The position numbers were made by a program, and so were the translations under genes. Positions 13,392-28,100 of a stretch of DNA of 64,000 bases are shown piece by piece; positions within the stretch are counted from its first letter, which is position 1, and each line of letters starts with the position of its first letter. This DNA is from Styela clava (lineage: Eukaryota): the NCBI RefSeq assembly GCF_964204865.1, contig NC_135252.1, forward strand, positions 5,704,001-5,768,000. The letters run 5' to 3'. A model generated the notes under the pieces. It saw only the letters and a list, made by a program, of their open reading frames with translations, had not been told where the DNA came from and ran no database searches.

Positions 13392-13690
13392 AATTAGCAG
13401 ACCCCAACAGAACCTGTTTGATGTTATTTATCCCCATTATCTCATTGTCAATTTTCGCGCAAATGCAATCGCCAGAAACTCAGTTTTGTCGTTGCCTTTT
13501 CGAGATATTGTTGCTTACAAGCCCGATTCAGGCACTATTGTACTATGAATATCTCCAGCCCCGTCATACTAATCAACTCTAGCAATAGCAACATTGGCTC
13601 TGACAGAAAGAAGTCGACCGAATTTACACACTATCCGTGAAAAGTACAAAACCCGGTTTCTTATTATTCGAAATTAGGAATATAGTGTTA

Positions 13691-16322
13691 TCAACCAACT
13701 TTGTTCTGAAGATCTTGTTCCCCAAATGGGCGTTGTTGTGACGGTCGCAATGTTACTGCATTAATTTCCATCGTTGACTTAGGAAGAAAGCATGCACCTG
13801 TAATATTAGGATTAAAAAAATGTTATTTATTATTTTTTAAAATGAACATCAGTGATTTTGCTAGAAGAATCAAAGAGGAACTTCCGTCTCCACTAGTTCA
13901 ACTATATTTTGTTAATAACGTTAATGTGAATAAATGTAGCTTTTTCAAAAAGTTTTTGTTACACTTATTTTAAACATGTACAAAAGTAGACGAAGAAACT
14001 GTGCACAGGCATTGCTTATGCATAATTTAAACTAAAGAATAATAGAAGTTAAACAATGTTTCTTAAGTTGTACCTGCGCTCGGTATAAATTCGCCATTTT
14101 TAGTTATTGCACTTCGCACGCTGACTGGTCCACTTTGGCATTGGTCGGTGTAGTAAACGATAGGAGATTGGTGATACGTTGCACTACCATGCTTCTTACG
14201 ATGAATATTTCGACATCCATGGATCTGCGTAAACAACAGAAGAAAATATATACCGATATTAATGACAGCAAGTGCTGTGCAGAAGCGTAATAGCCATTTT
14301 GCGAAAAAAAGTTACAGAAAAAATTGCGTGGATGGCCATTCACCTAAAACACTTATCGGAAAGTGCGTTATTGGTGAATTGTCATTTGAAGACATGTGTG
14401 TGAAAGAAGTATTGGAAATTGTATACGGCAACAGTGTACCTTTTTGGAGTACCAAACGAACAAACCATGAAAATATGATCTAAGTTTAAATTACCAGTAA
14501 CGTACATGGACATGGCCAAACCATGGTAGGCGAGATTCTGATGCTGAATATAATAATATAGTTGTTGTGATTATTCATTACGCATTTAAACTTACGTGGT
14601 TTTGGTCTTTGTGCTGCTCACCCTGGCAGGATGAAATATTGAATCTTAGTGCAGCTTGGAGTCGGTTCCCAATCAATCCGGTTGCTCTCAGTTCGCGAAA
14701 ATTCCGAATTAGTATATATGTATAAGAGTTTCTGCAAAATGATAAGCTATTGAATACAGTGACAGTACTTTATAGTTTCATTTGAAAATATAAAATATTT
14801 AAGTAATCAAACTGAAAGTTAGATGAAAAACATGCAATACACATCTTCTGGAATCAACCACATCTTTTTTGATCCCGTGAGATTGAGGTATGTGACAAAG
14901 GCTCGAAACATGAAAACTTTCGATGCTCACCTGTATGCATCGGCGTGTTGTTGGTGATGACAAAACGGCCTGAATTCATATTTGATTTCTCGAATTCCGT
15001 GAAATAACATTGGAAATCTGCTATCGTAACGAATGCCATGTTGCTGATTAGATCCCCAACTTCTCAACACTGCTGCAGGAGGGCCTGATGGAACACACCG
15101 GGAGCTTCTAGATATAATGGCACCGATCACATGTTATATAATTCATAGGATAAAGGTTAACAAATTTGCTATCATTTTACTTGCTACGCCGTATGGCGAT
15201 GTTCAGTGAACTGACAACTTTGTTTCGTCTTTTTACTTCGCTATTGACTGATGTCGGCCGATCAGGGACTTCGCCATCTGCTGCTTCTTCTGTGTCCTCA
15301 AGTGTCATATGGATGAGATGTAAAGCCCTAAAACACATCACATTCATTCTAGTAAACCAAGATCAATGACTGATAGAACATAGACTACACACATACCATT
15401 CACACCAGAACATTCTCATACCATCAACTTCGAGTTGCGAAATACCAATGGTCAGGCCCTCGGCGTCACCATAATTTTACGTTTTGGCCGATTGCAATAA
15501 ACAGTTGCACGCCCCTGGTCTAATCTCTAATTCTCCAAAGTACAACACCGTCTTTTATGTTAATACGTATATACGTCAGAGCAGCTGAAATAGGTATCGA
15601 AATATGGTCCAAATCGCCTATTGAATGGCCTTCCCCGAAGGGCTGGCTATTGGACTGTTTTTAGGACAAATACACAAGACATGTACAGCCAAACAAGTGT
15701 GGTGTTTTATGTAAAGGCTTCTACTTGAATAAATGACTTTGAATGTCTCCGGCCCAAATTAAAAAAAAAACAATGTGCCATAATCTGTGTATACATTTTA
15801 TTTAAAAATAATTCTGATAACAGACTACAGCCATGCTATGAAAGCCTATGATACTGTGGAATGGAAAACTCACGCATACGGACGATTTGACTCGCAGTTG
15901 AAAGGTAACTCTTCCTCATGTAGATTTTCGCAAATTTTCCATCCAAATATAGAATCACCCTATCAAAAATAGAATATACAATATATAGGTACCTCATTAT
16001 GCAAAAATCCTCGATTTTAGGTTACGAAAGTCTATATCAGAGTAGTAAATACCTTATCACTACGAAATATAAGATTTGCAAAAATAATTCCCGATCTTCC
16101 GCAAACTGTGCGCGTAACGTATCAAGTAAGCACATGCAAGCAGTTTAGATATCGATAACACACATGTAGCCTATAAATGTCGAAGACGTCTTAGCGCACT
16201 TTACTTTAACTCATCCTGACAATGATTTGGAATACCCTACTCCACTATAAAGTGACTTACCTTCTTGGATGTCGTTGTCTGCTGGTTTTTAGAGTGAGGT
16301 GCGAATAATGAATAAAGTTCAT
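13691..16322 (-). CDS. Uncharacterised ~259-aa protein, 6 exons
   Basis: Exons 16261-16322, 15181-15327, 14931-15107, 14596-14731, 14074-14224, 13691-13797 sum to 780 nt, all GT-AG, frame open throughout. No family recognised; the start codon is uncertain. Confidence 0.55.
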
Positions 16323-16938
16323 CCGAGAATTCCGTGACTGGAGGATCTAACAAGTCATGACACGACATCCTCAACCCAAAGCTTCCGTGCATATGTCAAG
16401 AGGAAAATGGCGTGTGGCGAAAAGTCTACGCAGAACCATCCGTAGAGAATACAGTGAGAGAGATGTAGCTGAACGGGCGACCATGGTTTTATTGTGACGC
16501 CATACTAACCTAGGCTCAACGGCCGAAAGCTTGTGTGTCACGATTCACGATGGTTTAGCATTCAACAAATAAACTGGCGCAGTATGGCGCCATTGTTATG
16601 TTTTTTTCTAGACTAGAGTGACGCATGGAATGGTGGTAACAACGGTGGGTGGAAATAAATTTTGTGCTAAGCGTCTATGATCGCACTAGGAGTTGTAGTC
16701 GAATTACCTTATCAAATAATAATAATACTCCGCATTTTTGCATGACGTCGATCCATTTTGATTCTTACAAAAAAGAGAATATCATTTTATACAGGTAACA
16801 AAATACGAGTAAGCGGAATAGCACGACCTATTGAAGTCCCTTCTTGTCATGAATGAAACTCAATATATATACGGATATCAACACAAATGTGGCGTTGTTC
16901 ATAAGTTTATTTAAATTACCAAACATATTTTATCACAA

Positions 16939-19900
16939 TCATTTGACTCCGTCGTTCGTCCCACGAAAATATTTCGAAGCGTCGTAAGTTTGCACTGTCG
17001 TTGCATGTTTTTTAATATCTACATCTTTCGCCCCCTCAGAAAGTGACTGGAAAAGAAAAATTGAATAAATAAAAATTTTTGTTTTAACGTTTGAATATCA
17101 AATTCAATATGTAACGATCTCCTTCATTTCTCCTAGATTTAAAATTGATCTGGGCAGTGTGCATGATTCCAATATGTTTTTTTTTCTCAGAACAATTTTT
17201 TGGTTTATGAGATTAAGGCAAAAAAGCAGCACATAAAAATATTTGGATATGAAGTAAGGTTGCCTGAAATATAGATCCTTAACTTGGATAAGCGATAAAG
17301 TCCTCGCGGTAACATAACTTCACAGTTGGAAAATGTGAGATTTTTATATGGAACACTTGGTGGTGAAAATTTAAGCATGGGAAGAAAAAAAAAAATAGTT
17401 TGATCAAACGTATTTATAAAGTAGCTACCATACCTGTGACAATTAAGGTAATCAACTAAAAGGAACAGATTACAATAATAGATTGTTAACAACAGAACAT
17501 TTATATTCAAGTTGGTTTAAAGAAACGTTAACTCACCCTCACATGCTTCGAAGATTTCGAATACAAAGACTTTTTAGAGCTTGTTTTTCTGTGGTCGATA
17601 GATCTTGAAGTACTTTTTTCTTCCGCGTCCGGCAGTGGAGATCGTAACTTTATTTTGGGCGAATTTTCTGACGATATAAGCTCTTTGGTAACTAGCGTTT
17701 CGTTTTCAGAGAACAGACTATACGGTATTGACAACGAGACATTATCGTCATCTTCGTCGATTTGAGTACTTGCATCTTTTTGAGTTGTATTAGGTAATGC
17801 ATCATTGTCGTTCACGTCATAGACTGGGTGGTGAATTTCAGATATTAGAGTGCTATTATGTAAAGGTGCAACTTGAGGCTTGTTGCGTACGGAAAGATTT
17901 GCGATCTTTCCAGCAAAAAGTGTACTTGATGAGGTGCCAGGTGCTTTTACCCCCGTTAAATATGAGAATGTATATGGTTTCGTGAACATATTGGACAAAT
18001 CTTTTGGTAATTTGGGCTTTCTTTTATATACAATTTTTTCATCTACTTTTATATGGTATTGTCCATGTGTGTATGTTCGAGTTTTTTTGCTTCCCTGTTT
18101 GCTTTGTTGAGTAGGCCTATTGTTTTTTTCCGGAACGGGTCCCAATCCTCTTCTGTGGCCGATTTTCTGGTTTTCTTCTGAAGTCTTACCAACTGCCTTG
18201 AATCGAACATTTTTCTTTGGGGTAGGATATACTAAATCTTCTCTTGGCTGTTTTAAAGCTTTGGCGCCGAATTCAGGCAAATTGATTTTAGCGCCGAGGT
18301 GTTCTTGATTAGGGTGATGATTGTCATGTGAAGACGCTGGTGTGCAAGGGGGTGCGTTAATCTCAGGGGGTGGGAGGGTTATAGAGATGCTTTTTATTCC
18401 ATTGTCATTGTACCCCTCATGTTGTTTATCAAATTCTGCGTTCGGTACTCTTTGAATTGAATTTTTCATTTCCGTTAAGATAACTTTGCCTGTCAACTTT
18501 GATGGCTCTTCCGGAGTTTTAAGTTGTTCGTCAATGTCCCATGGTGACGTATCTTTACTCCTGGATACCGTGTGATTTTCGTCGGCATCATTACGATGAT
18601 TGTATTTTAACTTGATAGGTTTGTCACTTTGTTGATTTTGCGACAAGTATTTGCGTTCAACACCTTCGACATACAAAGCTTCTTCTGGTCGACCTGAATA
18701 ATAGGAACAGAATAGGATTGTGTGGTTTGATTCTTCGTCACAATTTACGAATAGTTATTATATTAAATAGTTTAAAGCTGTGTACGGTAAATATCCTTAA
18801 TGGCGCCTACGAACCAAAATTGGATTTAGACATAATATCTTTATTAATATTTTTCAAACGATGTGAACGACATAAAATGTGGGTGCATGGATATCACAAT
18901 ACAACCTGTGGGAATGTAGATCACGCCGGGATTATTTTTCTGCAGCTCTTTCTTTGAAGAAAAGTACGATTTCGGTAAATTTCTTCTTCCATTATGAACA
19001 AGATATTTCCATAAATGCTCATATGTTTGCTGGAAATGCTGACCAACTAAATCAGCGGGTAATTTGTCGAAGGAAAACTCTCCTATTTTCCGGTCAATAG
19101 TTGACGATTTTTCTTGCTGGTTAAACGCAGCTTTTGCAACGTTTTTAACACCTTTGTTGTCGACTAATCGCATATATTCTTCGGAATACAGGATGGAGTT
19201 TGATTTTTGCAGAACAGTGGGTTCTTGTTTGTTTGTAGTTCGTTTGTCTTTTTCCATTCTACCCAATAAACTTGTCAACAATTTTTTACCAGCTTGAGTT
19301 TTTGGATTCGGATCTGGATTTAAGATGCGAGAAAACGTAGATTGATTATGTGTATTTGCTATGCGATCGACTTTCGTAACAGGAGCCGCTTTCTGCTCCA
19401 AGTTTGGGACGAACATATTTGTTTTTGTGAACATTCTGTGAAGAATTATAGTACGTTACTGCACGTCAAATCTTTTACAGTTTTGAAATAATAATACCAT
19501 GATTTCAATGAATGACAATCTAATCACTTGCAATAGACTCAATATTACAGTGCTTATTGCAGAATTCATAAGTAATTCAATATTAGGAACTCATAAGTTC
19601 ACTGATTTTCTCAAAATGCGGAATGCAAAGAGGCATTTATGCTTGGTGCATAAAAATATTTGTTGATAATTAGAACTACATTCACAAATATTTTTCATGC
19701 AGTATATTTTTTAATTTAGGAGCTGATGTTGATATCAATCATCAGGAACAAAGAAAAAAACTTAATTAGTAATTTCTTTCTGAAATATAATACAATATCC
19801 CAAATGGTACCTTTCACTTTTTTTGCTTCTCATGTCTCCAAAATCAAATGTGTGTAAAACAAATTTAGGTATCTGTTTCTTATTGTCTTCACCTCTGACG

Positions 19901-21858
19901 TCTATCTGCATCTAAAATATTATATTACGTTTTGTATATCAAAACAGGATTAATTGAAAACAAAAATGAGGATGTGGTTTTGTTTGTTGTGTTTGGCCGC
20001 ACTTTCGTCGATGGTTGAACCACTTGCTCCCTTACAACCAACGGTCTTGTCAAGGGCCATTAAACGCCGTTGAATCGCGATATCAGATCTCAACAAATTT
20101 AAGTGTTTTTGTCATTGTTTGTACCAACCACATGTTCATTGAATTCGTGATATATGAAACCTATTATGGGTCAAATTCTAACAAAATAACTTTTACGCAA
20201 TAAGACTGTTTAACTTTTCTCTCTCTCATTAATCAGGAAAATAGTTACTCTCACCCATATTGGTAGTCTATTTTTAGTGATATTACTGCTATAAAATATA
20301 CTAGATTATTATTGATGCTTGGCTACATTTATAAACGATTTTTTGAATTCGAATTTCAGAAAAACTATGGCAAAGGTATTGGCGGCTCGTCGTTAACCAT
20401 GTATGAATATGTGAATTGTGAATATGTGGTTAAAATTTGTTAGCCCCTCATTTTTACAAATTCATCAAATATTGAACATGTCATTGATTTGGAAAACCTT
20501 TCGAGTTGGATTATGTTAGTAGCTGATAGTATACAAATAGTTTTTTTCGTGCTGTGAATTCCAAATTTTGTCAAACTTTTTTCCTGTACTGAAATGTCGC
20601 TGTGGCATCACCGCGCATGTTTTTTTTACTCTGATGTGCGTCAAAATACATATTGTAGCCAAATTCACATCACGTCTACGTAATTCGTGTCTACCTTACC
20701 TCTTCCACCTCTTCTCTATATTCGCTGACAACATCAGCTTGTTTCTTGATTGGTGGTAAAGGCGGATGTTTGACGAGCGTAGTTGCATCACCTTGTTCAC
20801 CTTTGAGATTCGGCGTTTGCTTGACTGTTTCATGTCGGTACGCCTGTACAATTTCATGGGAAGTATTTCCATCGAGAGCATTTCTTGTCCACTCGGCGTC
20901 CTCGTCTTCTTCGTCAAATTGATAGTACCGTTCGTTTGCATCATGTTTGGGACCAAGGCGGTGTGTTTCGGTTTTTTGTCCTCTGATGTATGGCGCTGCA
21001 GTGTGAGAGTTTTCAACGGGTTTGTCGTCCAGCTTGGGCAGGAAGCGAGGACGTTTTCTGCGCGCATATTTAGAAAGGATTGCTTTGCCCGCGTCCGATT
21101 CATTATTAGGGTGTCTCCGAAGGACTTGATCAAGATACAAAGTTTGGTTCCAAAGAGAATTCTGATAAAAGAATGATGATTGAAAAGCTACCTGTAATTA
21201 ATTAAATTACATTGAAAAATTGTTTGGTAAGCGTTGAAACTAAGTAATTACATGGAGTATTTTTCGATTCTAATTATGCAATACTTAGCTATATTTTTTG
21301 AAGTTATAGGGCCGATAGTTTTTTAATTCACGTAGAAACGTGTAGGCAATATCTCGTTAATACAAGTTCGCTCACATTGCCTTGTAAACTCATCCATCCT
21401 CGATCTCCAATCCCAACATGCCGCACAATTTCGGGAATTTTGAAATTCTAGAAATCAAGACAATATGTTTTATATCAAGTAAATTTGCTCAATTTGTACA
21501 CGGTTGCAAATAGAATAACATTCTTCGTGCTCGGATGCCAAAAGAATTTTAATAGTGGGACCGAAGGAAAACATAAAATATATATATAATAAGTTATAAT
21601 AAACTTTAAATATATATGACACCAGAGCGAACAAACTTTGAAAATTATAGACAAGCAGAATATTTTGGTAATAATTAGAAATATATATAAGCAGGTGTGC
21701 GTACAAAAGTTAAATAAAAAAAAAGGGGAATCAGAATTACTCACTCTATAACCATTGGATAGTAGGAGGTCGTGCTTTGTCGACTTCCCTTTTTTTGCAT
21801 AATTATCCGCGGCGTTGTGAAGACGTGCGATGATAGCAGGCAGGTTGAGGGTGGACAT
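16939..21858 (-). CDS. Uncharacterised ~847-aa Lys/Ser/Pro-rich, probably largely disordered protein, 7 exons
   Basis: Exons 21745-21858, 21376-21447, 20700-21161, 19811-19911, 18906-19435, 17537-18693, 16939-17046 (2544 nt) are phase-consistent and include the 149-, 196- and 382-aa ORFs; AATAAA on the minus strand at ~16907-16912. Confidence 0.8.
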
Positions 21859-23830
21859 GATATATTATTGTTGCCTCTTATTTCTTTACAAAGGATATAT
21901 CATTGTTTTTGAAACTGCACAATGGTGCGGTGCAAACAATTAACTAATCAAATAGTTGAATCAACCCAGAGGAAATAAACCCATGCGACCATTAACTTAA
22001 AACACTAACATAAAGGGCACTATAACTCTCATCTTGCACGAAACATTTCCTCTCGTAACCTGCAAAATAATATGTCTACAACGGAAGATGAAAATAGTAA
22101 AGCAGTCAAATCTTTATTTCGTTCGTTGACTTCAAAGTCTTGCGGCCTAAAATGTTCTACGATTGAGCCCACGGTTGATAACAATGCTGTCGGTCGAATC
22201 TAAGCTTACCGATCAAAAGACTACAATGTTTTATACGCGCCTAACAAAAGAAATTATTGGAAAGCAAACTTGATTTCGCCTGACCTTTCCGCAGAAACAA
22301 CAAGGGAATTTAGTTAACTTAACAAAACCAGCGGAGTGCAAACACACGATCAATTATTTTACATGAATGACCAGTGACAGTTCCCTACCTCGTGTCTTTC
22401 GGGAAAGGACAGCAATAAAAAATTAAATAATTCGGCTTTCTAGGTCCAATTTGTAAACCGCGCATTGGTGAATATAGACATGTACGTGGTAAACTGAATC
22501 CACAAGGAAGAATAAAAAGTTCCAACCTAGATTATTAAAGAATTTATAGTCCAGCAAACAGGTCTTTCCTAAACAAAATACAGTCGCCGAGCACAACAAT
22601 CTATACCACGTAATGTGTATTACCGTATCGCGTCCAGCCAAACAAAAAACTTTCAATCAAATATATCAAACTGTAACTAACCGACTTGACTAGCAATTCC
22701 TGTTTTCCATCCGACAATAAACCAGTACTCACTCCTTATACACCATTCTCGCAAACAACATGAATTAAATGGGTATTGCCCTGAAAGTCCCACGCCATGT
22801 TTGACCAAGCTCCGTAATCCCACTTGATAGAATGGTTCGAGATAATCCCACGCCCTATTCATGATGCATCAGGAGAGTTGTCGACCAATATTTGATTTCG
22901 AAATTTTTATACTAATTTAATCACGTATGATATATTGTATCAAACGGATCATTGGAATAAAAAGTCCAGAATGACTTGAAGATATCAATTTCGAAGATGA
23001 TTTGATTAAATTAAAAGTATTTGCCCTTTATAGTGTTGGTAAAATATTACATTGTACCGCCTACAATAGGCACGAAGTATATGTTTACACGTGTTTCGAT
23101 TGATCACACAAACAAGTTAGAATTGTTTCGGTTTGTTTGGGGCGTCATTGTCTAAGAAAGTAACAGTTTAGCCCCACGTTATAATAACAGTGAAACGATA
23201 ATTATGTTATTGCACAGAATTTATTAATACATTTAATAGTATGATATTATGTCATCCATAAGCAATTATTAAAACAATTACAAAATATAATATTTGTTCA
23301 ATAAATGATTGACATCAAATATACATAAGTCTGCACACATTACACAAAATACTGCTTCCAATGGGTATAACACATTACATAGGGTATATACTACCAATAC
23401 CAATACTAACATATTATTGTCATGTAAGAAGGGATCATTGCAGAAACACAGATTAATGAAAGATAATCCCATAAAGTCAATCTAGGCATAATCTCAATGA
23501 CCTTAAATACAACTGCAACAATTAACTATGAGGAAAAACAGGACCAACACATAGTAATACGCTATGATAGAGGGAATAGTTGATTTTAGGAACTACTTTT
23601 TCTCAATATTTAGACTATATTATAATTATAACATATGAACTGACCCAAAATATGGAAAAACTAGACCAATATTTCCTAGAATTGTTCGTGAGAAGACTGT
23701 GTATTCAAAATATAATGAAAAAAGGGCAAATTCATATATTTGGTACTCCGGGTGAAGGTATATGTATATGTATGTATATGTTGTGAAATTAACTGATATC
23801 TTGAGATGTGGAATTTTCAATTATATAGAA

Positions 23831-24075
23831 TAGTGGTTCTCAAATGGTGCGGCGCACCGCACAAGCGGGGGCTTAGACAATTTTTTGAGGGGAAGTGAAG
23901 CTAATTGAGAATAAAAATATTTGTTAGATTTTATATTGCATGCCCTATTTTGGATATCTACATTCCATCAACGTATTTTCAATGTGTTTTTCGAATAAAA
24001 GATACTTCGCCCTACTATCTATTATTTGTAGCTTATTGTTAGCTAGTTATTGAAGTGGGCATGAGACTTGACAAA
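23831..24075. mobile_element. Degenerate hAT-like MITE
   Basis: Starts TAGTGGTTCTCAAA; the segment TTATTTGTAGCTTATTGTTAGCTA...GTGGG is shared with ~54270-54366. Confidence 0.45.
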
Positions 24076-25120
24076 GGCAATAAACTATTTCAAAAGTTAC
24101 AAATTTTTGACGTTTTTGGGTAAGGTATGCTCATGAACAAGAAATTTCAACCGATAAAGTAGGTAACAAAATTTGCTTTTATGTCAAAAATATAAGTTAC
24201 GTCTCACAGCAAACAACTATTGTTTTTAAAATGGAAGTTATAGAAAAGGGGAACAGTATAGAATATTACTAAGTTATGGTGGCATTGTTTAATGGCTAAG
24301 TATATGCAAATTACAGGGAATCTTGTCTCATTTTACGCAACTAATTCATATACAGGAAGTCAGAGCTTTTCAGTATCGAATAGAAGTAGTTGAAAGGTGC
24401 AACAAAGATCCATATGTTACGATCATTAATCTGAAACTTGAGTATAGACTTTATAAATTGCAAGCTATGGCAAATCAAAATGGCCAAGCATTTATAGAGT
24501 ATATGTAACAATCTTAAAACATGTCAAGATTTGAGTAAAAAACATACAATACAGTGCACATTTCAAGTGACAACATTAATAAAATATACAGATAAAAATA
24601 TATACAAGAAATGATTTAATCAAAATGATAAGAAATTGGTAATTGTAATTCTGCAAAACTTTTTAGACACCTTGGATAATGAGAAATCACACATAATATT
24701 ATTTAGTTAGCACAATTCCTGAAGACTGCCACCATCTCACTTATATGAAATTGAACACTAGAAGTGAGACACTGACGAAAAGTCATAAAATTTTCATGAT
24801 CTCATATAAATATTGTTAAAAATTAATATACCAAAACAGAATCCCACACTTTATACATTATACTGTTTAAAATATGAAAAATGGTATCATGTCTGAGCAT
24901 ATTATTATTAAGAGGGACATGCTTTCAGTAGGTATACAGATATGATAAAATAATAGTCTGTTATTATATAATTTGTACTACATGAAAATACAGCAGTTAG
25001 AAGCATACAGATTGATCAAGAAAATTGTACAAAAACACATTCATAATATGACAATCACAACTATGTGGAAGCAGCGTCAAGCTGATCAAGTTAACTTCGT
25101 AGAAATAATGAAACAACGTT

Positions 25121-28100
25121 CTATTGGAGATTGTCATACATCCGAGCTGTATCCTGTAATTTACTCACTATGTTCTGATAGAAGACAACTTGTTGTTGCA
25201 CAAAACTTTTCATATAAGCAGCAAAATCTCCAACCCTGCAAAATAAGGTCAGTTTAGTCAATCTTGATAAACAAACGTACATGGTGTCCATAAAGTCTGG
25301 AAACATAGGATAATTAGATTTTTTCAATATGTTATTTAAACTAATATTATTTTCACTATTTACGATAATTATTATTACCGATAATATCACTAAAAATATC
25401 ATGTGTACCCAGACTTTACGGACAGGACACTCTGCATATACATATAAAAGTCAAATACAAAACCAAATTCATCGACAACTTGATATCGGCTTAGCTATAT
25501 CATTATATCAGTAAATGCAATGACAAAATTTGTATCAGAGCAATTCAAAACTATGGTTGTTTTCCCAAACTAGGACCCTAGGAAACTTATTCTATACTTT
25601 ATCATTGCAAAGTTTTTAATGTTTATTTGAGATCATGTTATTGAGATTTTTCAGGAATTCATTTTTGTTGCAAGTCTGCAACTAAATTAAATCACTTCGG
25701 AAGACAAAATGACCATTCAGTTATTTTATTTAGACCGGTACCTAAATTTCTAAAAGACAACTAAGAGCTGTCAAATATATAACGAGACTAGGAAAACATG
25801 GCAATGTTTACAACCATGCATAAAAATCTGTTGAGTGAAAAAATATCTTAAATGGCTGCTAAAGTTTCAAATGTCTTCATTGGCAAGTTGCTGATTAGTC
25901 AATGTTACAGAAGTTTACAAGGAAGTCAATGCTTGAGAAACTTCCTTTGTGGAAACCAGTTTCCTTGCTCTTTAACCAGTTTCTTGAAAAGAATCACATT
26001 CATTATATCTATTGTCATATGAGGATGCCTGACACATAGAAAAACCTTGGTCAGGCCTAATTCTGAGGTCTGAACATTAGTATAGTAATGGCAAAGCATG
26101 TATTCATTTAAGTTGTCTCTGACATCTAAATTATAAACTTTATGAGTGAGAACTTATAAATTACACTTGTGTTTTAATAATCACAATTAAGTTTGTGCTT
26201 TAGGGTATATCATATGAATATAAAATATTTATAATGAAACAATCGATGCAACAAATGCACAAATAATTTTGTTTTTTTAATGATATAATTTCCTCTCATT
26301 CGCAGCATTATTAAAAGAGACAGTGGTGCGATAAAACAGTATTTTCGAAACACCACATGTGTTATTTATAATGCTGGATACATATGGTGATTGCTGAAAT
26401 TATTGAATTTTTGAGTCTTTCATTTGGTGATAATTTTAATTTGAGATTTTGAAAATGAAATTTTCTTTGGCATATGCTTTTTATCAATAAAGATTTGCTT
26501 TGTGGGTGTATACTGAAAACAAAATTCATTTTATGTTACTAAAAAGCAGATTTAGTAGTTATCATTGTAATGCTGTTAAAGTATATATATGCATTCATTT
26601 TGGTTTTGATTTGTTGGAATTGGAACTACTGTCGAATATAATATTCATATGTCTAGGTTCATATTATGGTCATCTTGAAATTAGGCTTCAGTCTGATATA
26701 GGGCAGCGTTATTGGAAATCAATACATTCTTTCCACTTGATATTATTAACAACACAAGGAATGCACAAAGGGATGAAAGAATATTGCTGATGAGAACATT
26801 GATCACTGCATTTGCTTTAATTAAGACATCTGTTGTTATTAGTGAAACATTCATTTTACTGACAATAAGGCAATTTATCTTAGAAAATCGTTGATTGAAA
26901 ATTTAAAACTACTGGGAGATAGAGCATCTGAAACAAATATTTACAGAAACAGAGTAAATAAGCTAGCACTGTGTAAAACATTCATAACCTTTGTGCACGG
27001 CACAGTTGTGAAGTTGTATATAATGAAATAATCCACAGGGAATTTAACATTCGCAGACAGAATATGAAGTCAATCTAGATACTTCCCCTCGGTTTTTCAC
27101 GATTTTAGTATAATACCACCTAACTTATCATATATACCATTTGAACAACTGCTATTTATATCAACTATATTTTACAGATATGCACCGAAATGGCAACTCC
27201 AAACTATACAGGGTGTCCATGAGGTCCCTTTACAATTTTGATATGAAGTCAGTTCTCAATATATCCTAACCAGGTTTGTTGTTTTTAAATCAGTAATTGT
27301 TCAAGTATTTTTACCTTATTTAATACATATGTAAGGATCAAAACTATATATGGTATCGATGAATTCCCTTTGCAATTTTAAGACTATTTGGACACCCCAT
27401 ATATTGTATGTATCAATCCCATTATTCTTTTCAAATTGTTAGAAATAAAATGTTTCTATTCCACAATTGATAGAATGATCATAATATTAACGGGTTATAG
27501 TTTCAAAATGATCAAATTTGTTGATTCAAAATTTGAAAAATATCAAAATCATACAGATACAGGCCTATCAAGCCAATCCTTTACTCACTATTACATTGCA
27601 TTTGTCAAATGCTAATTCATAAGTTTAACATAAATACAATAGCAGTGGCTAAAAATGAATAAATATATTGGCAATTGGATGACTATATATATTAAATATA
27701 TATTTGCAAACTCGAAGCGAAAACGACCGACTCATATTATCACAATAGAATCATAACCAGAATAAGGAAATTGATATTGCTGGTGAATGACAAGCATCAT
27801 GTCAACTTCTATTCAGTACAAAGTAAAGTAGCATTGATCAGTATTGCAATATGGAGTCATTAAAATTGCATGAGGAAGCCTGATTTGGATGACCATTCAC
27901 TCAAGTAGAAACTAGAAAGTCTGATGTTATTATACATAAAATAAGTTACTTGAGACAAGTAACAAAGCTCACATGGGTTTGGAGTGGTGCAGTTTTATAT
28001 ATATGTGTATGACCAGTCCATAGTACATTTTGCATAAACTGATGATTGAGTGCAACTCAATGATTTAAATCAAGATTATATTTTATTATGATTAAGCGAT

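Noticed and set aside
13413-13600. Exon-like segment with acceptor and donor
   Set aside because: Stop codons in all three minus-strand frames; more likely UTR.
17797-21176. Several + strand ORFs of 60-136 aa
   Set aside because: Antisense shadows of long minus-strand exons.
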